Positions 37,136 to 48,423 of a stretch of 64,000 bases of DNA are shown here, in pieces. Source of the DNA: Owenia fusiformis (Eukaryota). The notes under the pieces are model-generated. The model saw only the letters and a list, made by a program, of their open reading frames with translations, searched no databases and was not told where the DNA came from. The stretch lies in contig CAIIXF020000001.1 in assembly GCA_903813345.2 (NCBI GenBank), positions 45,818,001 through 45,882,000 on the forward strand, read 5' to 3'. A program made the translations under genes and the position numbers. How positions within the stretch are numbered: the first letter of the stretch is position 1; each line of letters opens with the position of its first letter.

Positions 37136-37751
37136 GGCCGCGCCTGGAGAGCCTTAAAATTTAAGGCTCTCTAGCCAAAATGCTAAAGAGCCTTAAATTT
37201 TAAGGTTCTTTAGCATTTGGGCTAAAGAGCCTTAAATTTTAAGGCTTTTTAGCATTTTGATAGCCAATTCTGCTAGAGAGCCTTAAAGGAATTCCAGGCG
37301 ACAAAAATGACGAAATATTGCTTCTGGGACAAGATCAAACGACTTTGACATATTCTATACCCAACCTATTTTGTAATTTAACAAATCAGCACAAATATAC
37401 ATACCATACTAGCTCGGTCCGGGAATCGAACCCACGCCGCAGAAGTGGATAGCGAGCACCCTAACCACTATACTAGAGTGCTTTTCCATGATCAAAGTAA
37501 TTTTATGCAACTCTATAGTGATATACATGTGTGAAATTTCTAAGTGGCATTCTGGGTTGAAAAACTTTCGAGAGTGTTGTTTTATTGTTTAGATGACGAA
37601 AACTTCAATAAAAAACAATATAAACACGGATTATAAACACAAAGGCTCTCTAGCCAAAACACTATGTTCACAGCTAAATAGCCTTAAATTTTAAGGCTCT
37701 TTAGCATTTTGGCTAAAGAGCCTTAAATTTTAAGGTACTCCAGACACTTCG
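37136..37751. mobile_element. 616-bp fold-back element built of palindromic modules, 9-bp TSD (MULE/Foldback-like)
   Basis: TTGGATTTA flanks both sides; both ends carry tandem GCTAAAGAGCCTTAAATTTTAAGGCTCTTTAGC palindromes and CTGGAG/CTCCAG termini. Confidence 0.7.
37410..37481 (-). mobile_element. tRNA-derived segment (SINE head / tRNA pseudogene) with Pol III A and B boxes
   Basis: Minus strand CTAGTATAGTGGTTAG...GGGTTCGATTCCCGG; anticodon and acceptor stems do not pair. Confidence 0.65.
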
Positions 37752-38952
37752 TTGGATTTAACGGATTATTGCCATGTCATACACACCTGCAAGGTAAATA
37801 AAGTTATTTGTTGTTTATTGTTCAGAAATCTAAATCATATCTTTTGTTCAGTTATTCTTCATACAGTAAATTACAATATCCATTAGTGACCATTAAGATA
37901 CAAATTCCTTTCACACACAAGACGTACCCACAAATCATCTTTCCAGTGCCATTTATTGTTAAAGGGGTTTCCGCTCGGCCCAATTCATTCTTTCCAGTAT
38001 TTATTCTTCGGCAAATTTATTCCATACTGGTGAAAATTATTTCAATCAAAGTAACTCCCGCCACAATATATAGGATCACTCCATCTGATTAAAGCAGCAA
38101 AGTTTGTGTTCAAAACGATAATACGTCATAAACGTGATTTAAACATTTTTCTTGTCAAACTGCGCGCCTATATTCACATGTATTTGCCAAACTGCGTGCC
38201 TAATATTTCCAAACTGCTTGCCTATCCGGCAAGCTTGTTTTGTATTATTAGAAAACATAAGCGCCACATAAGGCACATATGTGTGTAATAGTAGAACCCC
38301 ATAATTGAAACACTATGAGAGTCCATCCACCAAGATGGTGATCTGAAAATAAAAGTTTTTTTCGTTTCCAACTTAATTGTCACTTCTATTATACATTTTG
38401 ACTTTCAATATGAAAATCTCATAAAATCTGACGATAAAGCAAAATTTCCAAAGCTACATGAAAAACACCTACACGTGCCTCTGTAGAAATTCCAATGAAA
38501 ATATGTAGTTTTAATAGTGTATGCGCACAGTTTGTAATTTCTGGCTAAAATAGGCGCGCAGTTTGTGATTTGTTTCTTTTTAATCTCCTGATTATCTGTT
38601 TTATCTCGAAATATTTTGAATTATACATGATAAATGTGTAAGGAATTAAATATAAAACGAGTCTAAGTATTTGTCATCTATGTTTAAAGTGCTAGATCGA
38701 TTAACGTATAAATTTCCGTTAAATCAGTGACGAAAATGCCATTAATCTGCTTATGTTATAAAACTTAGATTCATTTGCACATAGTTTTTGCTAGTATTTG
38801 CAAGATTCGTATATTCGCCACAGAATGAACGTATTGAACAAGAAAACAATGCAGGATAAATGTCTTTAAATTACGTTTCAAAATACGTAAATGATGCAAT
38901 GTTCTTAGGCACGCACGCCTAAGTAGGCACGCAGCTTGACATGGGCACCGTG

Positions 38953-39570
38953 TACATGGTTCCAATACTATCAAAGTTTTAAACTCTTTAAACTGGAAAC
39001 CGTTGAAAACCAGAAGAATTGAGCACTTAAACATGTTTACTTTTAAATGCAGGTATAACATTTATCCTCCATTTTTGTGATTTACTTCGGAAACATGAAC
39101 ATATACCGGTCCGCCCCTTAAGACATCAAAGAGATTATGTTCTACCAACTCGCCTTAGCTTCTCTTCATACTTACAATTTAGGAAACCTGTTTAACAGCT
39201 ACAATTTGAATGATAAATTACAATTTTTACTTATTGGAAAAGATGATTTAGATGCATCAACAAATGAAGATTTAATTCATATTGTTAGTTATATATACAT
39301 GAGTTTCAATATCATATCAAGTCTGTGACAACAGGTTTCGTTTCTTCATTTTTCTGCTTTTTCCTTTTTGTCATCATCCCCGCCCATGGGATACCCTTGA
39401 TTCAGTGATTTGGAATTAAGTATATATGTAAACCTTTTGTATTTTATATTGTATCTATTATTTCATTTATGTATATATTATTAATTGCCGCTAATGTTGT
39501 AAAACTTTGGCAATCAGCTGACTGTGTATATCTGTGTTATTACTTGAAATAAATCGATAACATGAAAAAA
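38953..39570 (+). mobile_element. Second CR1-type LINE relic, 3' continuation and probable 3' UTR
   Basis: HGSNTIKVLNSLNWKPLKTRRIEHLNMFTFK continues the ORF2 interrupted at 35907; the 3' boundary is approximate. Confidence 0.8.
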
Positions 39571-40786
39571 AGGATCCGCAGCACACTCTAGCGCAGCAAC
39601 ATTTGAAGCAATGTGTACATGTCTTGATTCTTTTAAAATACCATTTGCTGAAAAAACTTCCGGCTTTCGGGTCGAAAAATGTCTTTCATCACAAGGGGTC
39701 AAAAAACGTAAATATTTTGATTCGAAGTTCTATACATTTTATAAGACACAGACCGTTATTCTAAGCATACGAACAAAAATAAAGTATCATAATTTAAAAA
39801 TATTCTATTCAATTTTACCGTAGATGTCGGTGGTTAATTAGTGTAATTATGCAAGTGTGTTTTTCAGATTTTGTTTGATTTTTCAAATATGAGCCAAGCC
39901 GATTCAACAAAATTATGTGGAATATTTAGGTAATTTTTTATGATTGGGAACATATTAGTTTTCTTACCATTTAAAACATTTTATTACCAGAATTTCTCCC
40001 TATAATCGCAAGGGGTCTAACAACAAATTATTGTTCATGTTTTACAAAACATAATACAATAACAAATAGGAAAGATTTATATCTAATTAAATGTTACTGA
40101 GGTATTGGAATGTTCATATATTCCAAGGGCATGTCTAATAATGAATTAGAGTCATATGCAATAGAACGCCCTGAAATTCTTCCTCGACGTTACTTGTGGC
40201 TATCATCAAGTTTTCTGATGGCTGTTTGTTTTTTGACCTTACCGCTGGATACAATCAAATTTTAGGAAGATAATGATAATGATTTTTCTTAATTATTCAT
40301 GAATTCGATCAAGGTCCGCCTTTATTGATAATTTTCACCGCTGAATAAAAATTCATATCTCAAAACGTATTGAGACCCCTTTTGTGAAAAACTATCATAA
40401 TTTAAACATTTGTCATTCCAATACAAAAGTGATTCATTTGTAGCATTTATCTTATTAATACCGGAGAAAATATACAAAACGTCGATACACTGATTACATA
40501 TTTTTGGGTATTGATAAGAAAAATAACCTCGAACTTATAGCTTAGAAACCTAAATCACATATTTGAAATCATTTTTTATAAATTTCTGTTGCATTGTGTA
40601 CTCAGAATTGTGAAAAATTGGGATTTTATTTTTTGGTGATTTTTTGACCTCTGTTAATGGCAGGCATAATTCAGCCTAAAAGCCGGAAGTATATTGAACG
40701 GTTATAATAAAAATTATTAGGGGACATATGTAGATATGTTAATGTAAGGTCAAACATCGCTGCGCTATAGTGTGCTACCATCTCCT
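39571..40786. mobile_element. ~1.2-kb non-autonomous DNA transposon with imperfect long TIRs (Kolobok-like AGG termini)
   Basis: AGCACACTCTAGCGCAGC / GCTGCGCTATAGTGTGCT and ACTTCCGGCTTT / AAAGCCGGAAGT inverted pairs; TSD not clean. Confidence 0.65.
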
Positions 40787-40988
40787 TTATTAGACGTCCT
40801 AGAGATTTCATACCATGGACTACTACCTGTATATCTCTAGTCATGATTCAAGTCAGTGAATCGAGTGCAATTATGCATAGCAAAATGCTCACATATTCTA
40901 ATATAAGTTATTTAAAATGTATATACTAAAAATGGGACTACACTGCCCAGTTTTTATAGTCTCTAGACAAATGTAAGTAGACGACATT

Positions 40989-41145
40989 GTCCCCCTGGAC
41001 ATATATAACTAGAAAAACAAGAATAAGTTGTCTCGGGGACAGAGGCAACCAGAAAATATAGTCCGCTTGGATATGTACATCTAGCAAATTAAGAATAAGT
41101 TGTCTCAGGGACAGAATTAACTAGAAATTTTAGTCTCCTGTACGT
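40989..41145. repeat. ~72-bp tandem repeat (2+ copies)
   Basis: AAGAATAAGTTGTCTCRGGGACAGA occurs twice. Confidence 0.7.
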
Positions 41146-41365
41146 GCATTAATATTAAAAATAATATCAAGTGAAAACGGCGAAACGAATAGCCAGAAGA
41201 CCGTTCTAACCACTATACTAACGGTAATTGGATGCAAGCCCCGGGATGCAAGCAGTGTTTTTTAATTATCTCATCGAACGAAGAGCCAGAGAGAACGTAT
41301 TTGGATATGCAACAGAATACTCAGATATTAACATTTTCTTAAATCATGTAGTCTATTTTGTTTAG

Positions 41366-41865
41366 NNNNNNNNNNNNNNNNNNNNNNNNNNNNNNNNNNN
41401 NNNNNNNNNNNNNNNNNNNNNNNNNNNNNNNNNNNNNNNNNNNNNNNNNNNNNNNNNNNNNNNNNNNNNNNNNNNNNNNNNNNNNNNNNNNNNNNNNNNN
41501 NNNNNNNNNNNNNNNNNNNNNNNNNNNNNNNNNNNNNNNNNNNNNNNNNNNNNNNNNNNNNNNNNNNNNNNNNNNNNNNNNNNNNNNNNNNNNNNNNNNN
41601 NNNNNNNNNNNNNNNNNNNNNNNNNNNNNNNNNNNNNNNNNNNNNNNNNNNNNNNNNNNNNNNNNNNNNNNNNNNNNNNNNNNNNNNNNNNNNNNNNNNN
41701 NNNNNNNNNNNNNNNNNNNNNNNNNNNNNNNNNNNNNNNNNNNNNNNNNNNNNNNNNNNNNNNNNNNNNNNNNNNNNNNNNNNNNNNNNNNNNNNNNNNN
41801 NNNNNNNNNNNNNNNNNNNNNNNNNNNNNNNNNNNNNNNNNNNNNNNNNNNNNNNNNNNNNNNNN
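41366..41865. other. Assembly gap (500 N)
   Basis: Run of N; the round size suggests a scaffolding placeholder, so adjacency across it is uncertain. Confidence 0.99.
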
Positions 41866-43531
41866 GGTGCTTAAATTATATTAAAGTGTGCACTTAGGAG
41901 CTTAATCCTTGTAGCATAAGATAGGCTCATAAAAATGAAAATATTGCAATTAAAAAATAATGACCGGTTAATGGTAAACATGAAAGAGTCATAATGCTGT
42001 ATTAGGTTTACAATAGAAAACATACTCTTCTTATCATATATTTATCAGATTCGCAATGTTCTTAATAATGAACCTAATAAGTCAGTTATATTCTAAGAAT
42101 AGCTTACCATAATATATTATTTTTAATACAGATGCTGCCTGTACCATTCACCTTTCTTACACATTTCATTTATTATATAACTCAAAATAAATCTGAACAT
42201 TGAGATTAGACATTGCACTAAACGTCTGCATTTCTAATACTCTGAATTAAATAAAAAAATATTGGGAACTTGGATAAAAAATTGGATACTTGGATATTTG
42301 TTTCAATTTTGGAGAGGAAGGACGAAGAATGTGAAAAATTACAAACATTCATCATGAGTCAACGAGAAAAACAGAACCTCCCTGGAGTAGCAGATCCAAC
42401 TGACCAATCATATTGCACTAAACATATTGTCAGTGTTTAAGTTATCAAAAAATACATTTCCTGAAAATAGTGGCCATTTTGAATTCACCAGCCATCTTGA
42501 AAATATCTTCTTGAACAGATATCCTTCAATGACCATGTCAAAAATCAACAACTCGGTGTGATAATTATATCACTAAAAGCCAAAGATTAACGAGGCATGC
42601 TATATTACATTTTCTCAAAGAGGAACTATCAGTGCTTACTTCATGGAATAGTTTTTCATAATCTGATCTGACGACATAAACAAAATAAGGATTGTTCACA
42701 CTATTAAGAGAATGATAGAAATGTAAAAAGCAGAAAATTGATCATATCATGCTGTTAATCAATGCATTGCATAAAATATCTTTTCTTGAAAATAATTGTG
42801 AATTTTTTTCTTTTGATGGTAAGGTTTCGCAGATTAAGGTGCAACAGGCGTGCATACTTAAATGTATTTCACTGTTTAAGATTGATTTATATAAGAGCCA
42901 CAGGAAAAGTACCACGATAGGTCAATAAAGATGCAGGAAATGAATAATAACAATTTTCCGGGTAAGAATATATCCGCGGGTAGCATGTAGGCACTTATGT
43001 TGTATTTAACAAAACAGAAAATTATTGATTTCCTACAGCTTGATTTGTATTGCAAATCATAATTGATATAAAAAGACAGATTTTCCAGGTAAAAATAATA
43101 CAAGAACATCACGCAGCGGTAAAGTGCAAAATATCACAAAAATCAATCTTCATTAACCATAAATTGTTTCTAATCTGCTTGCTAAGATCAAGCTCTTGAA
43201 GACAAGATGAAATCTCTGATTATGGCAAGTAGACAATGTCCTCAATGTATTATCGCAAGGACATTTTTCTTCTTACAGTTCAGAACATTTAATCTTGACC
43301 CAGTTCATAATAATTATGTACGGGCCTCAGTTGTTGTGAGGCGAGGCGTCAGTGATGCAAGAAAGTTGGGCACTTTGTTAATTTCTGATATGAACAAGAC
43401 TTTGCTAATATCTGGAGATGAGATATCTGATATATAAATATAAAGATATTACACATATGATAAAGTCAATGTGATGTTATAAAAAATGTGTCAAGGACAT
43501 CTGTGATGATTTTTTCTCGTAATTTTTTTAG

Positions 43532-43889
43532 GTACCCTTTGCATTCAGATAAAGTCTGTTTAGTTCATATAATAAGAGTAGTAGGGAGTCAAGCAGCTTT
43601 AAAACAAAATGGAATTGCATGTGTAGAATTTAGTGCAATACCCTGCGGATTTGGCCCCAACTCTGAATATGTAATATTGATGTTAAACAATGGCTGCTCT
43701 ATTGAAGGAGCAATCACTTGCTTTTTGCCAATAATTGTGATATTAATTGAAGAATTGGGTGGAGTGATTAGAATGATGGACAGAGTCATTATACCTTCCG
43801 TAAACCTATCACTGGAATGTCAAACAGCATTGACTCATGTTTTGCAGCTCCTCCATAATCAGCAATTTAGTTTATTTACTAAGGATTGA
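43532..43889 (+). CDS. Unassigned exon-like open frame (118 codons to stop)
   Basis: Strong acceptor TTTTTTTAG|G then YPLHSDKVCLVHIIRVVG...FSLFTKD*; no recognised homology. Confidence 0.3.
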
Positions 43890-45072
43890 AAATCATGCAT
43901 GCTGATGGACTCACTGAAAATTCTCAAAGTTGTTAAAGGCAGCATGTGTTTTGTTCACAATTTGCCAGAAAAATATTCTTATTTCTAGTCTTGTTTAATC
44001 ATGTGAGGTTGACAAAAAAGATAATGCGCAAAATTTGTTGAATATGTGTGACGATCCCACAGTCTTTAAGTTGTTTTAAGTCACTGACTTCACGAATCAA
44101 AATTTCCAATAATGGTAATAAGTAGAATGGAATTGTCTCTCATTCATTTGTAATAACAATTCATTTCTCTTACCCTATATAAATACTAGTCCATCACTCA
44201 TCAAAATCATTTTTCGCAGAAAAACAATATATGCATTAATAATTCAATATAATGTCATGTTATATGCCAGCATGATATCAAAGAGTATTATTAAGCTAAA
44301 GTGCATGTGGCATTAAAACAATACAGATACTCATGTTAATCTAAATGAAAACATCAAAATAAACAGAGAGATTGATGCCCCTAGGGCAATAGATGTAACA
44401 ATTTGAAAGATTTATTTGAAAAGGTAAGGCAATGTGACCCAATCTTGTTTTATCAAGTTTACATGAATGGGGATCCGCCCTAACGTTATGTGTCTTTGAA
44501 TGTTAGGGCCTTACAAATAAATTGTTAGGTTAGTGGTAACTACAGCATTGGTAATAGCAAGAATTCATCATACCATGAATACCATATATCATATCATACC
44601 ATATTCTATTCTATTCATCATACCATGAATATTTGAGACTCTGTGTTGAGCTCAGAATATACCCTTGAGTTTACTAAAACACATAGCCCCTTACCTTAGC
44701 TCGAATACCACCAAGCAAAATCAAAGTATGGCAAGGTATATTAACTTGTATGAGCCTTACATCTGTACGAATGTTAACCAGTCAAGCACAAACTATTTCT
44801 CACTCCATTTGAACAAGAAATCACAACTTATTTCACAAAACAGGTGTTATTGTTCGACATGAAACCAAAATAATACCAGTTGCTTTAACTTTTTAAGCTT
44901 AACCTCCAAAACAGGGTACTCTTCATAGACTACATGTTATACGCTATCCTAGATCTCTACCCTTTATATAAGATTTACAGCATGAACTGGGCCCAAGTCA
45001 GGACAAAAAGAAAAATGTATATCTAAAAAAGAAGTCAAGATTGGACCCCTGAAGGACATCTGAAATAAATAC

Positions 45073-45254
45073 TCAGTATGCTCCAAATGCAGGGATCAAG
45101 ACATCCTCTATTTCGATCTTGTTAGGATGACATCGGTTGATGTCCTGATCAATGCATCTGGAGGTTGCATATTCATCTGTGGTTAATACACATATGCCAC
45201 TTTGATCTATTGGCATTTTCTGCTTATCTTGCTTAACTATGCAACAACTGCTGC
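45073..45254 (-). CDS. Candidate terminal exon of an unidentified minus-strand gene
   Basis: TTTTTTTGCTACAG| phase 1, SSCCIVKQDKQKMPIDQSGICVLTTDEYATSRCIDQDINRCHPNKIEIEDVLIPAFGAY*. Confidence 0.35.
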
Positions 45255-45625
45255 CTGTAGCAAAAAAACAGTGTTTGAACCTAATGATAATCATATGTAA
45301 TATATATCACAGGAAACAGTTTGATTGATCTCTGATTCACTCTTTGATGATGCTTCAAATACAGAACCAATTAGTTCATCAAAATGATCCTTGGCGGTTT
45401 GCAGAAGAAACGTGAAGCAATCAGATGGGCAATTGTCTCATAAATACATATATAGAATTTTGCTTATATATACTCATACAAATGGTACTGATCAATTATT
45501 TGCTCTGAATGGTCTAACTGAGTTGTGTATAAAACTTATTTGTTACTAGCTGATAAACAGACAGACAGTTTAAAACAGCGTTGAAGAAGCTATAATTTTG
45601 CTGAATGGCAATTTTCTGTTTATAG

Positions 45626-45879
45626 ACGATACATACAAAAAACTACAACAAGGCATTAACATGCTTAATATCACTACCTGCCATATGTTACAGATGCTAA
45701 ATGGTGACCTCAGAACAGCAAAGGCTGAGCAATCAACATCATCCACAAAAAGTGGACTAAAACAAGATGTCACCACTTGTGGCCGTGACATAAAAATGCA
45801 AACAAATTCTAAAAGAAAGAGAAATGGTTTTTCATCCACCCTAGCGGTTCCCAAGATATATCTTAACTGTTCACGCTGA
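45626..45879 (+). CDS. Unassigned exon-like open frame
   Basis: TTTTCTGTTTATAG| DTYKKLQQGINML...SKRKRNGFSSTLAVPKIYLNCSR*; no recognised homology. Confidence 0.25.
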
Positions 45880-47213
45880 TGGCTGTAATGCTGAAGCTAT
45901 TGGGAATTAACCGTTTCCTTTTCTTACATCTATAGCCCTGGATGTAGTGTCATAACTGACCATTCTTTATTGATATATCACCTATGAGGTCTCTAAGCGA
46001 TTTAGAATTAATCTATTGGTCTAAAAATTATATCTAGTAAAATAACACAGCTTCGAAGAGCAATGGCCTCCAGTCTCTTATTCATGGTTAAAAATCCAGG
46101 GAGTTAATGGCTTTTCGTGGATATACTGAAGACTGGGTATCGAGTATTATAGGCAACCATTACCTCCCGACAATATTGCAGAGTATTTTGAACTACCCCT
46201 GCCTAGTATAGACTACAGTATAGTACATACAGTAGCCCAACCCTCACGACTGGAGAATGTAACAGCCCAGGTCATAAATCATTTCAAACCTACCATGCTG
46301 ACCTTTTCTCAACTAAAAGGAACACGTGCTAAATGCATGTTTATTAACTATGGGTTTGCTCGAACCCATCGAACCCCCCCCCCCCCCTGGCTACGGACCT
46401 GAAAGTCGTCCGTATTTTGACTTGGTGAGTTAAGAGATTTATTGTAAACTCAAGGAGTAAAAACAAAGCCCGTTTTTAAGAAGCAACATCGAACAAATGT
46501 AAATGGTACATCCATGTACCCTTTCCGTCCATCCGTGAAGACTGAATAGTATAGGCTAACCATTACCCTTAGCTGATTGGCTCAGAATACGACCCTCTGA
46601 CTATAAAATTGAAAATTTCCCTTCAATAACTTTACATTCAGTGCTAGAATGTTTTGGTCACATACTCTATTACAATGTGATTAACCATATAAACAGGACA
46701 AGACCCTAGAATGTTTAATTAAACAATTCTATTGCAGGAACAGACTTATATAATCAATAGAAACAGACATAAGAGACATTGATTTCGTATTAGATTCAAA
46801 TAGTTATCAATAAAACCTGGATATAGATACCCATTGTGCTCAATAAACCTCAATGGCAGATCTATGTAAACACAATACAAAATGATAATACAAAGAAATA
46901 CCATTAAAATGTGAACAATTAAGTATAAGAAAAATGTTTCATTGAATGTAATACCCTGGTAAAGATGCAGCGATCTCCCCAGCATAAAAGCAAGTGGGCA
47001 ACTAATAGGCTCAAACCCAGCTGAATATCTATTTATTGTAGCCACTTGAAAATGAAAAAACCATGAAAAATCGGCATATTTTGACCAATTTTGGAAAATA
47101 GAATTTTGCACCCACTTGAGACAAAATCATGGGGAGATCACTGAGATGTATATAAATGGATACTCTCTCCATTGGTTTGATTATCTCTCTTCAGAGTGGT
47201 CAATTTATATCTA

Positions 47214-47295
47214 CAGAGTGAGCCAAAAAAGCTGACCCAAACAAATCTTGACTGGGTTATTAAGATTTCTTTGGGATACCTTTTGGCTCACCCTG
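47214..47295. mobile_element. Tiny Tc1/mariner-type MITE
   Basis: TA|CAGAGTGAGCCAAAA...TTTTGGCTCACCCTG|TA. Confidence 0.65.
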
Positions 47296-47491
47296 TAATA
47301 TAGAAAGGCCCATACATACAAGGTAGTAACAGAAACTGTTTCAATTTCGGGTAAACATCGTATCCTACATAGTCATATTCTTATACTCGTAACATCTTTC
47401 TGTTTTATCATGGCTGGGAAGAAATGAAATCTCATGGCTTATCATAATGCTATATAACACAACAGACAGCATTAGATCAAAGTAAAAGTAA

Positions 47492-47620
47492 CCTATTATC
47501 CCTTTGCTGAGTGAATATGTAAATTCATGGGCGACTGGTCATAAACCCCATCATGCAACGATCGTGCTTGTTGAACGCATGATAATGCAAGCACACTTGC
47601 AGCAAGATGAGATCTGGAAG
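47492..47620 (+). CDS. Candidate exon ending at the first unit of the 41-bp array
   Basis: Open frame PIIPLLSEYVNSWATGHKPHHATIVLVERMIMQAHLQQDEIWK then AAG|GTACCT; the 5' boundary is unresolved (stops upstream). Confidence 0.28.
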
Positions 47621-48423
47621 GTACCTGTGAAGTTGATGCATTGTAAGATGAGATCTGGAAGGTACCTGTGAAGTTGATGCATTGTAAGATGAGATCTGGA
47701 AGGTACCTGTAAAGTTGATGCATTGTATGATGGGATCTGGAAGGTACCTGTGAAGTTGATGCATTGTAAGATGAGATCTGGAAGGTACCTGTAAAGTTGA
47801 TGCATTGTATGATGAGATCTGGAAGGTACCTGTGAAGTTGATGCATTGTAAGATGAGATCTGGAAGGTACCTGTGAAGTTGATGCATTGTAAGATGAGAT
47901 CTGGAAGGTACCTGTGAAGTTGATGCATTGTAAGATGAGATCTGAAAGGTACCTGTGAAGTTGATGCATTGTAAGATGAGATCTGGAAGGTACCTGTGAA
48001 GTTGATGCATTGTAAGATGAGATCTGAAAGGTACCTGTGAAGTTGATGCATTGTAAGATGAGATCTGGAAGGTACCTGTGACGTTGATGCATTGTAAGAT
48101 GAGATCTGGAAGGTACCTGTGTAGTTGATGCATTGTAAGATGAGATCTGGAAGGTACCTGTGAAGTTGATGCATTGTAAGATGAGATCTGGAAGGTACCT
48201 GTGAAGTTGATGCATTGTAAGATGAGATCTGGAAGGTACCTGTGACGTTGATGCATTGTAAGATGAGATCTGGAAGGTACCTGTGTAGTTGATGCATTGT
48301 AAGATGAGATCTGGAAGGTACCTGTGAAGTTGATGCATTGTAAGATGAGATCTGGAAGGTACCTGTGAAGTTGATACATTGTATGATGAGATCTGGAAGG
48401 TACCTGTGAAGTTGATGCATTGT
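47604..48423. repeat. 41-bp minisatellite, 20 near-identical copies, AAGATGAGATCTGGAAGGTACCTGTGAAGTTGATGCATTGT
   Basis: Visible tandem units; explains the three ~300-aa minus-strand ORFs. Confidence 0.97.

Larger units (their letters stand above)
35908..38952. mobile_element. 3045-bp non-autonomous DNA transposon with CAC...GTG termini and 5-bp TSD (Transib/ProtoRAG-type signature)
   Basis: TACAT|CACGATGCCCATGTCAAGCAGCGTGCCTACT ... AGTAGGCACGCAGCTTGACATGGGCACCGTG|TACAT; removing it restores the LINE frame ...GAIH|GSNT... Confidence 0.85.

Noticed and set aside
37410..37481. Functional tRNA gene (Gly/Asp-like)
   Set aside because: A and B boxes are present but acceptor and anticodon stems do not pair.
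41358..41897. 179-aa ORF
   Set aside because: Artefact of the N gap.
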